From Eledone cirrhosa (Eukaryota): DNA of 64,000 nt. Shown here one piece after another: positions 11,286 through 26,125 of the stretch. The notes below the pieces were generated by a model, which saw only the letters and a list, made by a program, of their open reading frames with translations, was not told the origin of the DNA and made no database searches. The position numbers were made by a program, and so were the translations under genes. Numbering within the stretch: position 1 is the first letter of the stretch; every line of letters begins with the position of its first letter. The stretch spans positions 100,068,001 to 100,132,000 of the forward strand of contig OZ024743.1 of NCBI GenBank assembly GCA_964016885.1, given 5' to 3'.

Positions 11286-14200
11286 CCTTCACTACACCTC
11301 TCAGTCTACACCACCCCCTTCACTACACCTCTCAGTCTACACCACCCCCTTCACTGCACCTCTCAGTCTACACCACCCCCTTCACTACACCTCTCAGTCT
11401 ACACCACCCCCTTCACTACACCTCTCAGTCTACACCACACCCTTCACTACACCACTCAGACTACACCACCCCCTTCACTACACCTCTCAGTCTACACCAC
11501 ACCCTTCACTACACCACTCAGACTACACCACCCCCTTCACTACACCTCTCAGTCTACACTACCCCCTTCACTACACCACTCAGTCTACACTACCCCTTCA
11601 CTACACCACTCAGTCTACACTACCCCTTCACTACACCTCTCAGTCTACACCACCCCCTTCACTACACCTCTCAGACTACACCACCCCTTCACTACACCTC
11701 TCAGTCTACACCACCCCCTTCACTACACCTCTCAGTCTACACCACACCCTTCACTACACCTCTCAGTCTACACCACACCCTTCACTACACCACTCAGACT
11801 ACACCACCCCCTTCACTACACCTCTCAGTCTACACCACCCTCTTCACTACACCTCTCAGTCTACACCACCCCCTTCACTACACCTCTCAGTCTACACCAC
11901 ACCCTTCACTACACCACTCAGACTACACCACCCCCTTCACTACACCCCTCAGTCTACACCACCCCCTTCACTACACCTCTCAGTCTACACCACCCCTTTC
12001 ACTACACCTCTCAGTCTACACCACCCCCTTCACTACACCTCTCAGTCTACACCACCCCCTTCACTACACCTCTCAGTCTACACCACACCCTTCACTACAC
12101 CACTCAGACTACACCACCCCCTTCACTACACCTCTCAGTCTACGCCACCCCCTTCACTACACCTCTCAGTCTACACCACCCCCTTCACTACACCTCTCAG
12201 TCTACACCACCCCCTTCACTACACCTCTCAGTCTACACCACCCCCTTCACTACACCTCTCAGTCTACACCACCCCCTTCACTACACCTCTCAGTCTACAC
12301 CACACCCTTCACTACACCACTCACACTACACCACCCCCTTCACTACACCTCTCAGTCTACACCACCCCCTTCACTACACCTCTCAGTCTACACCACACCC
12401 TTCACTACACCACTCAGACTACACCACCCCCCTTCACTACACCTCTCAGTCTACACCACCACCTTCACTACACCTCTCAGTCTACACCACCCCCTTCACT
12501 ACACCTCTCAGTCTACACCACCCCCTTCACTACACCTCTCAGTCTACACCACCCCCTTCACTACACCTCTCAGTCTACACCACCCCCTTCACTACACCTC
12601 TCAGTCTACACCACACCCTTCACTACACCACTCAGACTACACCACCCCTTCACTACACCTCTCAGTCTACACCACCCCCTTCAATACACCTCCCAGTCTA
12701 CACGACCCCCTTCACTACACCTCTCAGTCTACACCACCCCCTTCACTACACCACTCAGTCTACACCACCCCCTTCACTACACCTCTCAGTCTACACCACC
12801 CCCTTCACTACACCTCTCAGTCTACACAACACCCTTCACTACACCACTCAGACTACACCACACCCTTCACTACACCTCTCAGACTAGACCACCCCCTTCA
12901 CTACACCTCTCAGTCTACACCACCCCCTTCACTACACCTCTCAGACTACACCACCCCTTCACTACACCTCTCAGTCTACACCACCCCCTTCACTACACCT
13001 CTCAGTCTACACCACCCCCTTCACTACACCTCTCAGACTACACCACCCCTTCACTACACCACTCAGTCTACACCACCCCTTCACTACACCTCTCAGTCTA
13101 CACCACCCCCTTCACTACACCTCTCAGACTACACCACCCCTTCACTGCACCTCTCAATCTACACCACCCCCTTCACTACACCTCTCAGTCTACACCACAC
13201 CCTTCACTACACCACTCAGACTACACCACCCCCTTCACTAGACCTCTCAGTCTACACCACCCCCTTCACTAGACCTCTCAGTCTACACCACACCCTTCAC
13301 TAGACCTCTCAGTCTACACCACCCCCTTCACTAGACCTCTCAGTCTACACCACACCCTTCACTACACCTCTCAGTCTACACCACCCCCTTCACTACACCT
13401 CTCAGTCTACACCACCCCTTCACTACACCTCTCAGTCTACACCACCCCCTTCACTACACCTCTCAGTCTACACCACCCCCTTCACTACACCTCTCAGTCT
13501 ACACCACACCCTTCACTGCACCACTCAGTCGACACCACCCCCTTCACTAGACCTCTCAGTCTACACCACACCCTTCACTACACCTCTCAGACTACACCAC
13601 CCCCTTCACTAGACCTCTCAGTCTACACCACCCCCTTCACTACACCACTCAGACTACGCCACCCCCTTCACTACACCTCTCAGTCTACACCACACCCTTC
13701 ACTACACCACTCACACTACACCACCCCCTTCACTACACCTCTCATTCTACACCACCCCCTTCACTACACCTCTCAGTCTACACCACCCCCTTCACTACAC
13801 CTCTCAGTCTACACCACACCCTTCACTACACCACTCAGACTACACCACCCCCTTCACTACACCCCTCAGTCTACACCACCCCTTCACTACACCTCTCAGT
13901 CTACACCACCCCCTTCACTACACCTCTCAGTCTACACCACCCCCTTCACTACACCTCTCAGTCTACACCACCCCCTTCACTACACCTCTCAGTCTACACC
14001 ACACCCTTCACTACACCACTCAGACTACACCACCCCCTTCACTACACCTCTCAGTCTACACCAGCCCCTTCACTACACCTCTCAGTCTACACCACCCCCT
14101 TCACTACACCTCTCAGTCTACACCACCCCCTTCACTACACCTCTCAGTCTACACCACCCCCTTCACTACACCTCTCAGTCTACACCACCCCCTTCACTAC

Positions 14201-17200
14201 ACCTCTCAGTCTACACCACACCCTTCACTACACCACTCAGACTACACCACCCCCTTCACTACACCTCTCAGTCTACACCACCCCCTTCACTACACCTCTC
14301 AGTCTACACCACACCCTTCACTACACCACTCAGACTACACCACCCCCTTCACTACACCTCTCAGTCTACACCACCCCCTTCACTACACCTCTCAGTCTAC
14401 ACCACCCCCTTCACTACACCTCTCAGTCTACACCACCCCCTTCACTACACCTCTCAGTCTACACCACCCCCTTCACTACACCTCTCAGTCTACACCACCC
14501 CCTTCACTACACCTCTCAGTCTACACCACACCCTTCACTACACCACTCAGACTACACCACCCCCTTCACTACACCTCTCAGTCTAAACCAACCCCTTCAC
14601 TACACCTCTCAGTCTACACCACCCCCTTCAATACACCTCTCAGTCTACACCACCCCCTTCAATACACCTCTCAGTCTACACGACCCCCTTCACTACACCT
14701 CTCAGTCTACACCACCCCTTCACTACACCACTCAGTCTACACCACCCCCTTCACTACACCTCTCAGTCTACACCACCCCCTTCACTACACCTCTCAGTCT
14801 ACACCACACCCTTCACTACACCACTCAGACTACACCACACCCTTCACTACACCTCTCAGACTACACCACCCCCTTCACTACACCTCTCAGTCTACACCAC
14901 CCCCTTCACTACACCTCTCAGACTACACCATCCCTTCACTACACCTCTGTCTACACCACCCCCTTCACTACACCTCTCAGTCTACACCACCCCCTTCACT
15001 ACACCTCTCAGACTACACCACCCCTTCACTACACCACTCAGTCTACACCACCCCCTTCACTACACCTCTCAGTCTACACCACCCCCTTCACTACACCTCT
15101 CAGACTACACCACCCCTTCACTGCACCTCTCAGTCTACACCACCCCCTTCACTACACCTCTCAGTCTACACCACACCCTTCACTACACCACTCAGACTAC
15201 ACCACCCCCTTCACTAGACCTCTCAGTCTACACCACCCCCTTCACTAGACCTCTCAGTCTACACCACACCCTTCACTAGACCTCTCAGTCTACACCACCC
15301 CCTTCACTAGACCTCTCAGTCTACACCACACCCTTCATTACACCTCTCAGTCTACACCACCCCCTTCACTACACCTCTCAGTCTACACCACCCCTTCACT
15401 ACACCTTTCAGTCTACACCACACCCTTCACTACACCTCTCAGTCTACACCACCCCCTTCACTACACCTCTCAGTCTATACCACACCCTTCACTACACCAC
15501 TCAGTCGACACCACCCCCTTCACTAGACCTCTCAGTCTACACCACACCCTTCACTACACCTCTCAGACTACACCACCCCCTTCACTAGACCTCTCAGTCT
15601 ACACCACCCCCTTCACTACACCACTCAGACTACACCACCCCCTTCACTACACCTCTCAGTCTACACCACCCCCTTCACTACACCTCTCAGTCTACACCAC
15701 CCCCTTCACTACACCTCTCAGTCTACACCACACCCTTCACTACACCTCTCAGTCTACACCACCCCCTTCACTACACCTCTCAGACTACACCACCCCTTCA
15801 CTACACCTCTCAGTCTACACCACACCCTTCACTACACCACTCAGTCTACACCACCCCCTTCACTACACCTCTCAGTCTACACCACACCCTTCACTACACC
15901 ACTCAGTCTACACCACACCCTTCACTACACCACTCAGTCTACACCACCCCCTTCACTAGACCTCTCAGTCTACACCACACCCTTCACTACACCACTCAGT
16001 CTACACCACACACTTCACTACACCACTCAGACTACACCACCCCCTTCACTACACCTCTCAGTCTACACCACCCCCTTCACTACACCTCTCAGTCTACACC
16101 ACCCCCTTCACTACACCTCTCAGTCTACACCACCCCCTTCACTACACCTCTCAGTCTACACCACCCCCTTCACTACACCACTCAGACTACACCACCCCCT
16201 TCACTATACCTCTCAGTCTACACCACCCCCTTCACTACACCTCTCAGTCTACACCACACCCTTCACTACACCACTCAGACTACACCACCCCCTTCACTAC
16301 ACCTCTCAGTCTACACCACCCCCTTCACTACACCTCTCAGTCTACACCACCTCCTTCACTACACCTCTCAGTCTACACCACCCCCTTCACTACACCTCTC
16401 AGTCTACACCACCCCCTTCACTACACCTCTCAGTCTACACCACACCCTTCACTACACCTCTCAGTCTACACCACCCCCTTCACTACACCTCTCAGACTAC
16501 ACCACCCCTTCACTACACCTCTCAGTCTACACCACCCCCTTCACTACACCTCTCAGTCTACACCACACCCTTCACTACACCTCTCAGTCTACACCACCCC
16601 CTTCACTACACCTCTCAGTCTACACCACACCCTTCACTACACCTCTCAGTCTACCCCACCCCCTTCACTACACCTCTCAGACTACACCACCCCTTCACTA
16701 CACCTCTCAGTCTACACCACCCCCTTCACTACACCTCTCAGTCTACACCACCCCCTTCACTACACCTCTCAGTCTACACCACCCCCTTCACTACACCTCT
16801 CAGTCTACATCACCCCCTTCACTACACCTCTCAGTCTACACCACCCCCTTCACTACACCTCTCAGTCTACACCACCCCCTTCACTACACCTCTCAGTCTA
16901 CACCACCCCCTTCACTACACCTCTCAGACTACACCACCCCTTCACTACACCACTCAGTCTACACCACCCCCTTCACTAGACCTCTCAGTCTACACCACAC
17001 CCTTCACTACACCACTCAGTCTACACCACACCCTTCACTACACCTCTCAGTCTACACCACACCCTTCACTACACCACTCAGACTACACCACCCCCTTCAC
17101 TACACCTCTCAGTCTACACCACCCACTTCACTACACCTCTCAGTCTACACCACCCCCTTAAATACACCTCTCAGTCTACACGACCCCCTTCACTACACCT

Positions 17201-20200
17201 CTCAGTCTACACCACCCCCTTCACTACACCACTCAGTCTACACCACCCCCTTCACTACACCTCTCAGTCTACACCACACCCTTCACTACACCTCTCAGTC
17301 TACACCACACCCTTCACTACACCACTCAGACTACACCACACCCTTCACTACACCTCTCAGACTACACCACCCCCTTCACTACACCTCTCAGACTACACCA
17401 CCCCTTCACTGCACCTCTCAGTCTACACCACCCCCTTCACCACACCTCTCAGTCTACACCACACCCTTCACTACACCACTCAGACTACACCACCCCCTTC
17501 ACTACACCTCTCAGTCTACACCACCCCCTTCACTACACCTCTCAGTCTACACCACCCCCTTCACGACACCTCTCAGTCTACACCACACCCTTCACTACAC
17601 CTCTCAGTCTACACCACCCCCTTCACTACACCTCTCAGACTACACCACCCTTTCACTACACCTCTCAGTCTACACCACACCCTTCACTACACCACTCAGT
17701 CTAAACCACCCCCTTCACTACACCTCTCAGTCTACACCACACCCTTCACTACACCACTCAGTCTACACCACCCCCTTCACTACACCTCTCAGTCTACACC
17801 ACACCCTTCACTACACCACTCAGTCTACACCACCCCCTTCACTAGACCTCTCAGTCTACACCACACCCTTCACTACACCACTCAGTCTACACCACACCCT
17901 TCACTACACCACTCAGTCTACACCACCCCCTTCACTACACCTCTAAGTCTACACCACACCCTTCACTACACCACTCAGTCTACACCACCCCCTTCACTAG
18001 ACCTCTCTGTCTACACCACACCCTTCACTACACCACTCAGTCTACACCACCCCCTTCACTACACCTCTCAGTCTACACCACACCCTTCACTACACCACTC
18101 AGTCTACACCACACCCTTCACTAGACCTCTCAGTCTACACCACACCCTTCACTACACCTCTCAGTCTACACCACACCCTTCACTACACCACTCAGACTAC
18201 ACCACCCCCTTCACTACACCTCTCAGTCTACACCACCCCCTTCACTACACCTCTCAGTCTACACCACCCCCTTCAATACACCTCTCAGTCTACACGACCC
18301 CCTTCACTACACCTCTCAGTCTACACCACCCCCTTCACTACACCACTCAGTCTACACCACCCCCTTCACTACACCTCTCAGTCTACACCACCCCCTTCAC
18401 TACACCTCTCAGTCTACACCACACCCTTCACTACACCACTCAGACTACACCACACCCTTCACTACACCTCTCAGTCTACACCACCCCCTTCACTACACCT
18501 CTCAGACTACACCACCCCTTCACTACACCTCTCAGTCTACACCACCCCCTTCACTACACCTCTCAGTCTACACCACCCCCTTCACTACACCTCTCAGACT
18601 ACACCACCCCTTCACTACACCACTCAGTCTACACCACCCCCTTCACTACACCTCTCAGTCTACACCACCCCCTTCACTACACCTCTCAGACTACACCACC
18701 CCTTCACTGCACCTCTCAGTCTACACCACCCCCTTCACTACACCTCTCAGTCTACACCACACCCTTCACTACACCACTCAGACTACACCACCCTCTTCAC
18801 TAGACATCTCAGTCTACACCACCCCCTTCACTAGACCTCTCAGTCTACACCACACCCTTCACTAGACCTCTCAGTCTACACCACCCCCTTCACTAGACCT
18901 CTCAGTCTACACCACACCCTTCACTACACCTCTCAGTCTACACCACCCCCTTCACTACACCTCTCAGTCTACACCACCCCTTCACTACACCTCTCAGTCT
19001 ACACCACCCCCTTCACTACACCTCTCAGTCTACACCACCCCCTTCACTACACCTCTCAGTCTACACCACACCCTTCACTACACCACTCAGTCGACACCAC
19101 CCCCTTCACTAGACCTCTCAGTCTACACCACACCCTTCACTACACCTCTCAGACTACACCACCCCCTTCACTAGACCTCTCAGTCTACACCACCCCCTTC
19201 ACTACACCACTCAGACTACACCACCCCCTTCACTACACCTCTCAGTCTACACCACACCCTTCACTACACCACTCAGACTACACCACCCCCTTCACTACAC
19301 CTCTCATTCTACACCACCCCCTTCACTACACCTCTCAGTCTACACCACCCCCTTCACTACACCTCTCAGTCTACACCACACCCTTCACTACACCACTCAG
19401 ACTACACCACCCCCTTCACTACACCCCTCAGTCTACACCACCCCCTTCACTACACCTCTCAGTCTACACCACCCCCTTCACTACACCTCTCAGTCTACAC
19501 CACCCCCTTCACTACACCTCTCAGTCTACACCACCCCCTTCACTACACCTCTCAGTCTACACCACACCCTTCACTACACCACTCAGACTACACCACCCCC
19601 TTCACTACACCTCTCAGTCTACACCACCCCCTTCACTACACCTCTCAGTCTACACCACCCCCTTCACTACACCTCTCAGTCTACACCACCCCCTTCACTA
19701 CACCTCTCAGTCTACACCACCCCCTTCACTACACCTCTCAGTCTACACCACCCCCTTCACTACACCTCTCAGTCTACACCACACCCTTCACTACACCACT
19801 CAGACTACACCACCCCCTTCACTACACCTCTCAGTCTACACCACCCCCTTCACTACACCTCTCAGTCTACACCACACCCTTCACTACACCACTCAGACTA
19901 CACCACCCCCTTCACTACACCTCTCAGTCTACACCACCCCCTTCACTACACCTCTCAGTCTACACCACCCCCTTCACTACACCTCTCAGTCTACACCACC
20001 CCCTTCACTACACCTCTCAGTCTACACCACCCCCTTCACTACACCTCTCAGTCTACACCACCCCCTTCACTACACCTCTCAGTCTACACCACACCCTTCA
20101 CTACACCACTCAGACTACACCACCCCCTTCACTACACCTCTCAGTCTACACCAACCCCTTCACTACACCTCTCAGTCTACACCACCCCCTTCAATACACC

Positions 20201-23200
20201 TCTCATTCTACACCACCCCCTTCAATACACCTCTCAGTCTACACGACCCCCTTCACTACACCTCTCAGTCTACACCACCCCCTTCACTACACCACTCAGT
20301 CTACACCACCCCCTTCACTACACCTCTCAGTCTACACCACCCCCTTCACTACACCTCTCAGTCTACACCACACCCTTCACTACACCACTCAGACTACACC
20401 ACACCCTTCACTACACCTCTCAGACTACACCACCCCCTTCACTACACCTCTCAGACTACACCACCCCTTCACTACACCTCTCAGTCTACACCACTCCCTT
20501 CACTACACCTCTCAGTCTACACCACCCCCTTCACTACACCTCTCAGACTACACCACCCCTTCACTACACCACTCAGTCTACACCACCCCCTTCACTACAC
20601 CTCTCAGTCTACACCACCCCCTTCACTACACCTCTCAGACTACACCACCCCTTCACTGCACCTCTCAGTCTACACCACCCCTTCACTACACCTCTCAGTC
20701 TACACCACACCCTTCACTACACCACTCAGACTACACCACCCCCTTCACTAGACCTCTCAGTCTACACCACCCCCTTCACTAGACCTCTCAGTCTACACCA
20801 CACCCTTCACTAGACCTCTCAGTCTACACCACCCCCTTCACTAGACCTCTCAGTCTACACCACACCCTTCACTACACCTCTCTGTCTACACCACCCCCTT
20901 CACTACACCTCTCAGTCTACACCACCCCTTCACTACACCTCTCAGTCTACACCACCCCCTTCACTACACCTCTCAGTCTACACCACCCCCTTCACTACAC
21001 CTCTCAGTCTACACCAAACCCTTCACTACACCACTCAGTCGACACCACCCCCTTCACTAGACCTCTCAGTCTACACCACACCCTTCACTACACCTCTCAG
21101 ACTACACCACCCCCTTCACTAGACCTCTCAGTCTACACCACCCCCTTCACTACACCACTCAGACTACACCACCCCCTTCACTACACCTCTCAGTCTACAC
21201 CACCCCCTTCACTACACCTCTCAGTCTACACCACCCCCTTCATTACACCTCTCAGTCTACACCACACCCTTCACTACACCTCTCAGTCTACACCACCCCC
21301 TTCACTACACCTCTCAGACTACACCACCCCTTCACTACACCTCTCAGTCTACACCACACCCTTCACTACACCACTCAGTCTACACCACCCCCTTCACTAC
21401 ACCTCTCAGTCTACACCACCCCCTTCACTACACCTCTCAGTCTACACCACCCCCTTCACTACACCTCTCAGTCTACACCACACCCTTTACTACACCACTC
21501 AGTCTACACCACCCCCTTCACTAGACCTCTCAGTCTACACCACACCCTTCACTACACCACTCAGTCTACACCACACCCTTCACTACACCACTCAGTCTAC
21601 ACCACCCCCTTCACTACACCTCTCAGTCTACACCACACCCTTCACTACACCACTCAGTCTACACCACCCCCTTCACTAGACCTCTCAGTCTACACCACAC
21701 CCTTCACTACACCTCTCAGTCTACACCACACCCTTCACTACACCACTCAGACTACACCACCCCCTTCACTACACCTCTCAGTCTACACCACCCCCTTCAC
21801 TACACCTCTCAGTCTACACCACACCCTTCACTACACCACTCAGACTACACCACCCCCTTCACTACACCTCTCAGTCTACACCACCCCCTTCACTACACCT
21901 CTCAGTCTACACCACCCCCTTCACTACACCTCTCAGTCTACACCACCCCCTTCACTACACCTCTCAGTCTACACCACACCCTTCACTACACCACTCAGAC
22001 TACACCACCCCCTTCACTACACCTCTCAGTCTACACCAACCCCTTCACTACACCTCTCAGTCTACACCACCCCCTTCAATACACCTCTCATTCTACACCA
22101 CCCCCTTCAATACACCTCTCAGTCTACACGACCCCCTTCACTACACCTCTCAGTCTACACCACCCCCTTCACTACACCACTCAGTCTACACCACCCCCTT
22201 CACTACACCTCTCAGTCTACACCACCCCCTTCACTACACCTCTCAGTCTACACCACACCCTTCACTACACCACTCAGACTACACCACACCCTTCACTACA
22301 CCTCTCAGACTACACCACCCCCTTCACTACACCTCTCAGACTACACCACCCCTTCACTACACCTCTCAGTCTACACCACTCCCTTCACTACACCTCTCAG
22401 TCTACACCACCCCCTTCACTACACCTCTCAGACTACACCACCCCTTCACTACACCACTCAGTCTACACCACCCCCTTCACTACACCTCTCAGTCTACACC
22501 ACCCCCTTCACTACACCTCTCAGACTACACCACCCCTTCACTGCACCTCTCAGTCTACACCACCCCTTCACTACACCTCTCAGTCTACACCACACCCTTC
22601 ACTACACCACTCAGACTACACCACCCCCTTCACTAGACCTCTCAGTCTACACCACCCCCTTCACTAGACCTCTCAGTCTACACCACACCCTTCACTAGAC
22701 CTCTCAGTCTACACCACCCCCTTCACTAGACCTCTCAGTCTACACCACACCCTTCACTACACCTCTCTGTCTACACCACCCCCTTCACTACACCTCTCAG
22801 TCTACACCACCCCTTCACTACACCTCTCAGTCTACACCACCCCCTTCACTACACCTCTCAGTCTACACCACCCCCTTCACTACACCTCTCAGTCTACACC
22901 AAACCCTTCACTACACCACTCAGTCGACACCACCCCCTTCACTAGACCTCTCAGTCTACACCACACCCTTCACTACACCTCTCAGACTACACCACCCCCT
23001 TCACTAGACCTCTCAGTCTACACCACCCCCTTCACTACACCACTCAGACTACACCACCCCCTTCACTACACCTCTCAGTCTACACCACCCCCTTCACTAC
23101 ACCTCTCAGTCTACACCACCCCCTTCATTACACCTCTCAGTCTACACCACACCCTTCACTACACCTCTCAGTCTACACCACCCCCTTCACTACACCTCTC

Positions 23201-23787
23201 AGACTACACCACCCCTTCACTACACCTCTCAGTCTACACCACACCCTTCACTACACCACTCAGTCTACACCACCCCCTTCACTACACCTCTCAGTCTACA
23301 CCACCCCCTTCACTACACCTCTCAGTCTACACCACCCCCTTCACTACACCTCTCAGTCTACACCACACCCTTTACTACACCACTCAGTCTACACCACCCC
23401 CTTCACTAGACCTCTCAGTCTACACCACACCCTTCACTACACCACTCAGTCTACACCACACCCTTCACTACACCACTCAGTCTACACCACCCCCTTCACT
23501 ACACCTCTCAGTCTACACCACACCCTTCACTACACCACTCAGTCTACACCACCCCCTTCACTAGACCTCTCAGTCTACACCACACCCTTCACTACACCAC
23601 TCAGTCTACACCACCCCCTTCACTACACCTCTCAGTCTACACCACACCCTTCACTACACCACTCAGTCTACACCACCCCCTTCACTAGACCTCTCTGTCT
23701 ACACCACACCCTTCACTACACCACTCAGTCTACACCACACCCTTCACTACACCACTCAGTCTACACCACACCCTTCACTACACCACT
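11286..23787. repeat. 31-bp satellite (CACTACACCTCTCAGTCTACACCACCCCCTT)n, about 400 units
   Basis: Direct tandem array; internal CTACACC dimer; strong C/G strand skew; occasional 30-bp units. Confidence 0.99.
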
Positions 23788-23952
23788 TTATCATTCAACC
23801 AACTAACCTACTTCTTACTATGTCCATCAGTTATCTACGTTGTCTCTCTTTACTGCGAAATCTCTCAAAGCAACTGACCTTCTCAGTTATACATTGGTCT
23901 TGAATCAACCAATCTCTCTCTCTCAATTTATCTACCTAACTACATCTATCTA

Positions 23953-24117
<165 letters not shown>

Positions 24118-25150
24118 CATCATCATCATCATCGTTTAACGTCCATGTTCCATGCTTGCATGGGTTTGGACGGGAGTTTTCCCATTTGAGGCAAGAGTGG
24201 TTGTCTTGCTCGCATAGGACTGTCTGGCGGGTTTTCTACAGCTGGATGCCCTTCCTAACACCAACCACATTTACAGTGTGGGACTGGGAGGTTCTTACCG
24301 TGTTGCCTCCACGGCCACATTACAGCGTGGACTGTGTGTTTTTTTTTGTCGTGACACCTACACAAACTCATTTGTTTCGGCCTGGATGTTGTGGCACCAA
24401 CATAACTTTACATTGAAAGGGGCGGTGTGGATGGGGTGGGGGTGGTGGGACGGGGTTTTGTTTTGTTAGAGATGCCTACTGACTGTAGTAGGTTTTACTT
24501 TGTATTTCAGGTAAGGCGTGTCTTCTCTAATACTGAGTACCGCCAAAGGTCTCGGTCCAGTGACATTGTCTTGGAGAGGTGTAAGTGTGTGAGGTCGGAA
24601 TTTATCAGCTCGTCCCAGGTTTTTCTGGGTCTGCCTACTCCGTGGCTACCATCTAACTTTACTGCCCTGCACTTTGCTATACAGCTGTCGTTTTTCATGC
24701 GTATCATGTGATCATACCAACGTAGCCTTCTCTCGAGTAAACAACATCTGATCCCTCTTATTTCTAATTTTTTCCTTAGTTCGTTTATGCTTTGCCGTTC
24801 ACGTATATTACTATTACACATCCAGCAGAGCATGCAAGCTTCGTTCCTCTCTAGTCTGCGTATATCCTCTGCACACAATGCCCAGGTCTCACTGCCATGC
24901 AACATTGCTGTTCGTATGCAGGCATCATACAACCTGCCTTTCATTTTTAGGGAGAACCCTTTAGCGGCTAATAGTGGTATAAGCTCTCTGAACTTTTTCC
25001 TTCCAGTTCTGACTCTAGCTACTGTACTTTCAGAGCACCCCACCCACAGCTGATTTTGTCACCCAGGTAACGGAAGCTGTCCACTATTTCTATAGAACCC
25101 TCTGCGCAATTGAAAGAGCTAGTATTTTGTGGGCACTTGCTGCTATTTAT

Positions 25151-25154
<4 letters not shown>
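24118..25154 (-). mobile_element. RTE-clade LINE 3' fragment with (GAT)n tail
   Basis: ORF 24507-25043 with MLHGSETW, RRLRW.H..RM and GRPRKTW; 3' UTR with GGAAGGGCATCCAGC; sits in (TA)n. Confidence 0.9.
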
Positions 25155-25213
<59 letters not shown>

Positions 25214-25217
<4 letters not shown>

Positions 25218-25704
25218 TGTTATACTTGGGGAGGGTCGTATTTGTGTAATAATATTGCCAGAATTAACAACAGAACACACTCACTGTTTGGTTGGTTTTC
25301 GCTTCTGTGTCTTTTATATCGGTTAATTTAATTTATTCGGTCCTCAATGTTACCATTGACTGACCAACAGTCAAAAATACAGATACAATATAGACACAAA
25401 CACATATATATAGTTTAACAAAGTTCTTTCGTTGCACACCTGCAAAATCTTCAGTGGTGCTATTATGTTTCCTCCTGTTGTATTGTATGCCTACGCCATC
25501 TTTTGTCAGTCAATGGTAACATTGAGGACCAAATAAATTAAATTAACCGATATAAAAGACACAGAAGCAAAAACCAACCAAACAGTGAGTGTGTTCTGTT
25601 GTTAATTCTGGCAATATTACACAAATATGACCCTCCCCAAGTATAACAATATTTGTTTGTTTCGACACACGATTTCATATAAAAAACCTTGCAAAACTAA
25701 TTCA
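25214..25704. mobile_element. Palindromic PLE-like remnant A (about 150-bp inverted arms, hammerhead in spacer, about 50-nt tail)
   Basis: 25214-25364 is the reverse complement of 25505-25652; termini and tail are shared with the element at 41772-42276. Confidence 0.75.
25417..25458 (-). ncRNA. Minimal hammerhead ribozyme-like motif (degenerate)
   Basis: Minus strand reads ACCA CTGAAGA TT TTGCA GGTG TGCAA C GAAA GAAC TT TGTT. Confidence 0.6.
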
Positions 25705-25712
25705 TCGCCGTT

Positions 25713-25744
<32 letters not shown>

Positions 25745-26125
25745 TTTACGTCCGCTTTTCCCTGCTTGCAAGGGTGGGACAGGAACTGATTCTGGCTTGA
25801 TTTCTTCAGCTGGATGCCCTTCCTAACACCAACCTCATTTACACTGAGTGCTGGGTGCTTTTTTGCAGTGGCACCTCCACGACCCCTTTGCAGTGGAATG
25901 ATAGGGACCCCAGTCCCTATCATCTCATTTCTACATCTGAGTAAACTGGAGCAATGTGAAATAAAGTGTCTTGCTCAAGGAAACAACACATCACCTTGTC
26001 TGAGAATTGAACTCACAACCTTTCGATTGCAAGGCCAATGCTCTAACCACTAAGCAGCCAATGCTCTAACCACTAAGCGGCCAATGTTCTAACCACTAAG
26101 CGGCCAATGCTCTAACCACTAAGCA
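25713..26125 (-). mobile_element. tRNA-headed CORE-like SINE with RTE-derived tail; A-box region repeated four times
   Basis: A box GCTTAGTGG, B box GTTCAATTC, CORE-like CTTGAGCAAGACACTT..CTCAG.TGTAGAAATGAG, RTE 3' UTR and (GAT)n; second copy at 61501-61846. Confidence 0.85.

Noticed and set aside
11218-13272. 684-aa His/Thr/Pro-rich mucin-like ORF with a hydrophobic N-terminus
   Set aside because: Translation of a G-poor 31-bp satellite that cycles through all three frames; 30-bp units shift phase freely
11286-23787. CRISPR-like array (31-bp repeat); also considered for 43579-44639
   Set aside because: Head-to-tail units without unique spacers, no cas genes, eukaryotic context
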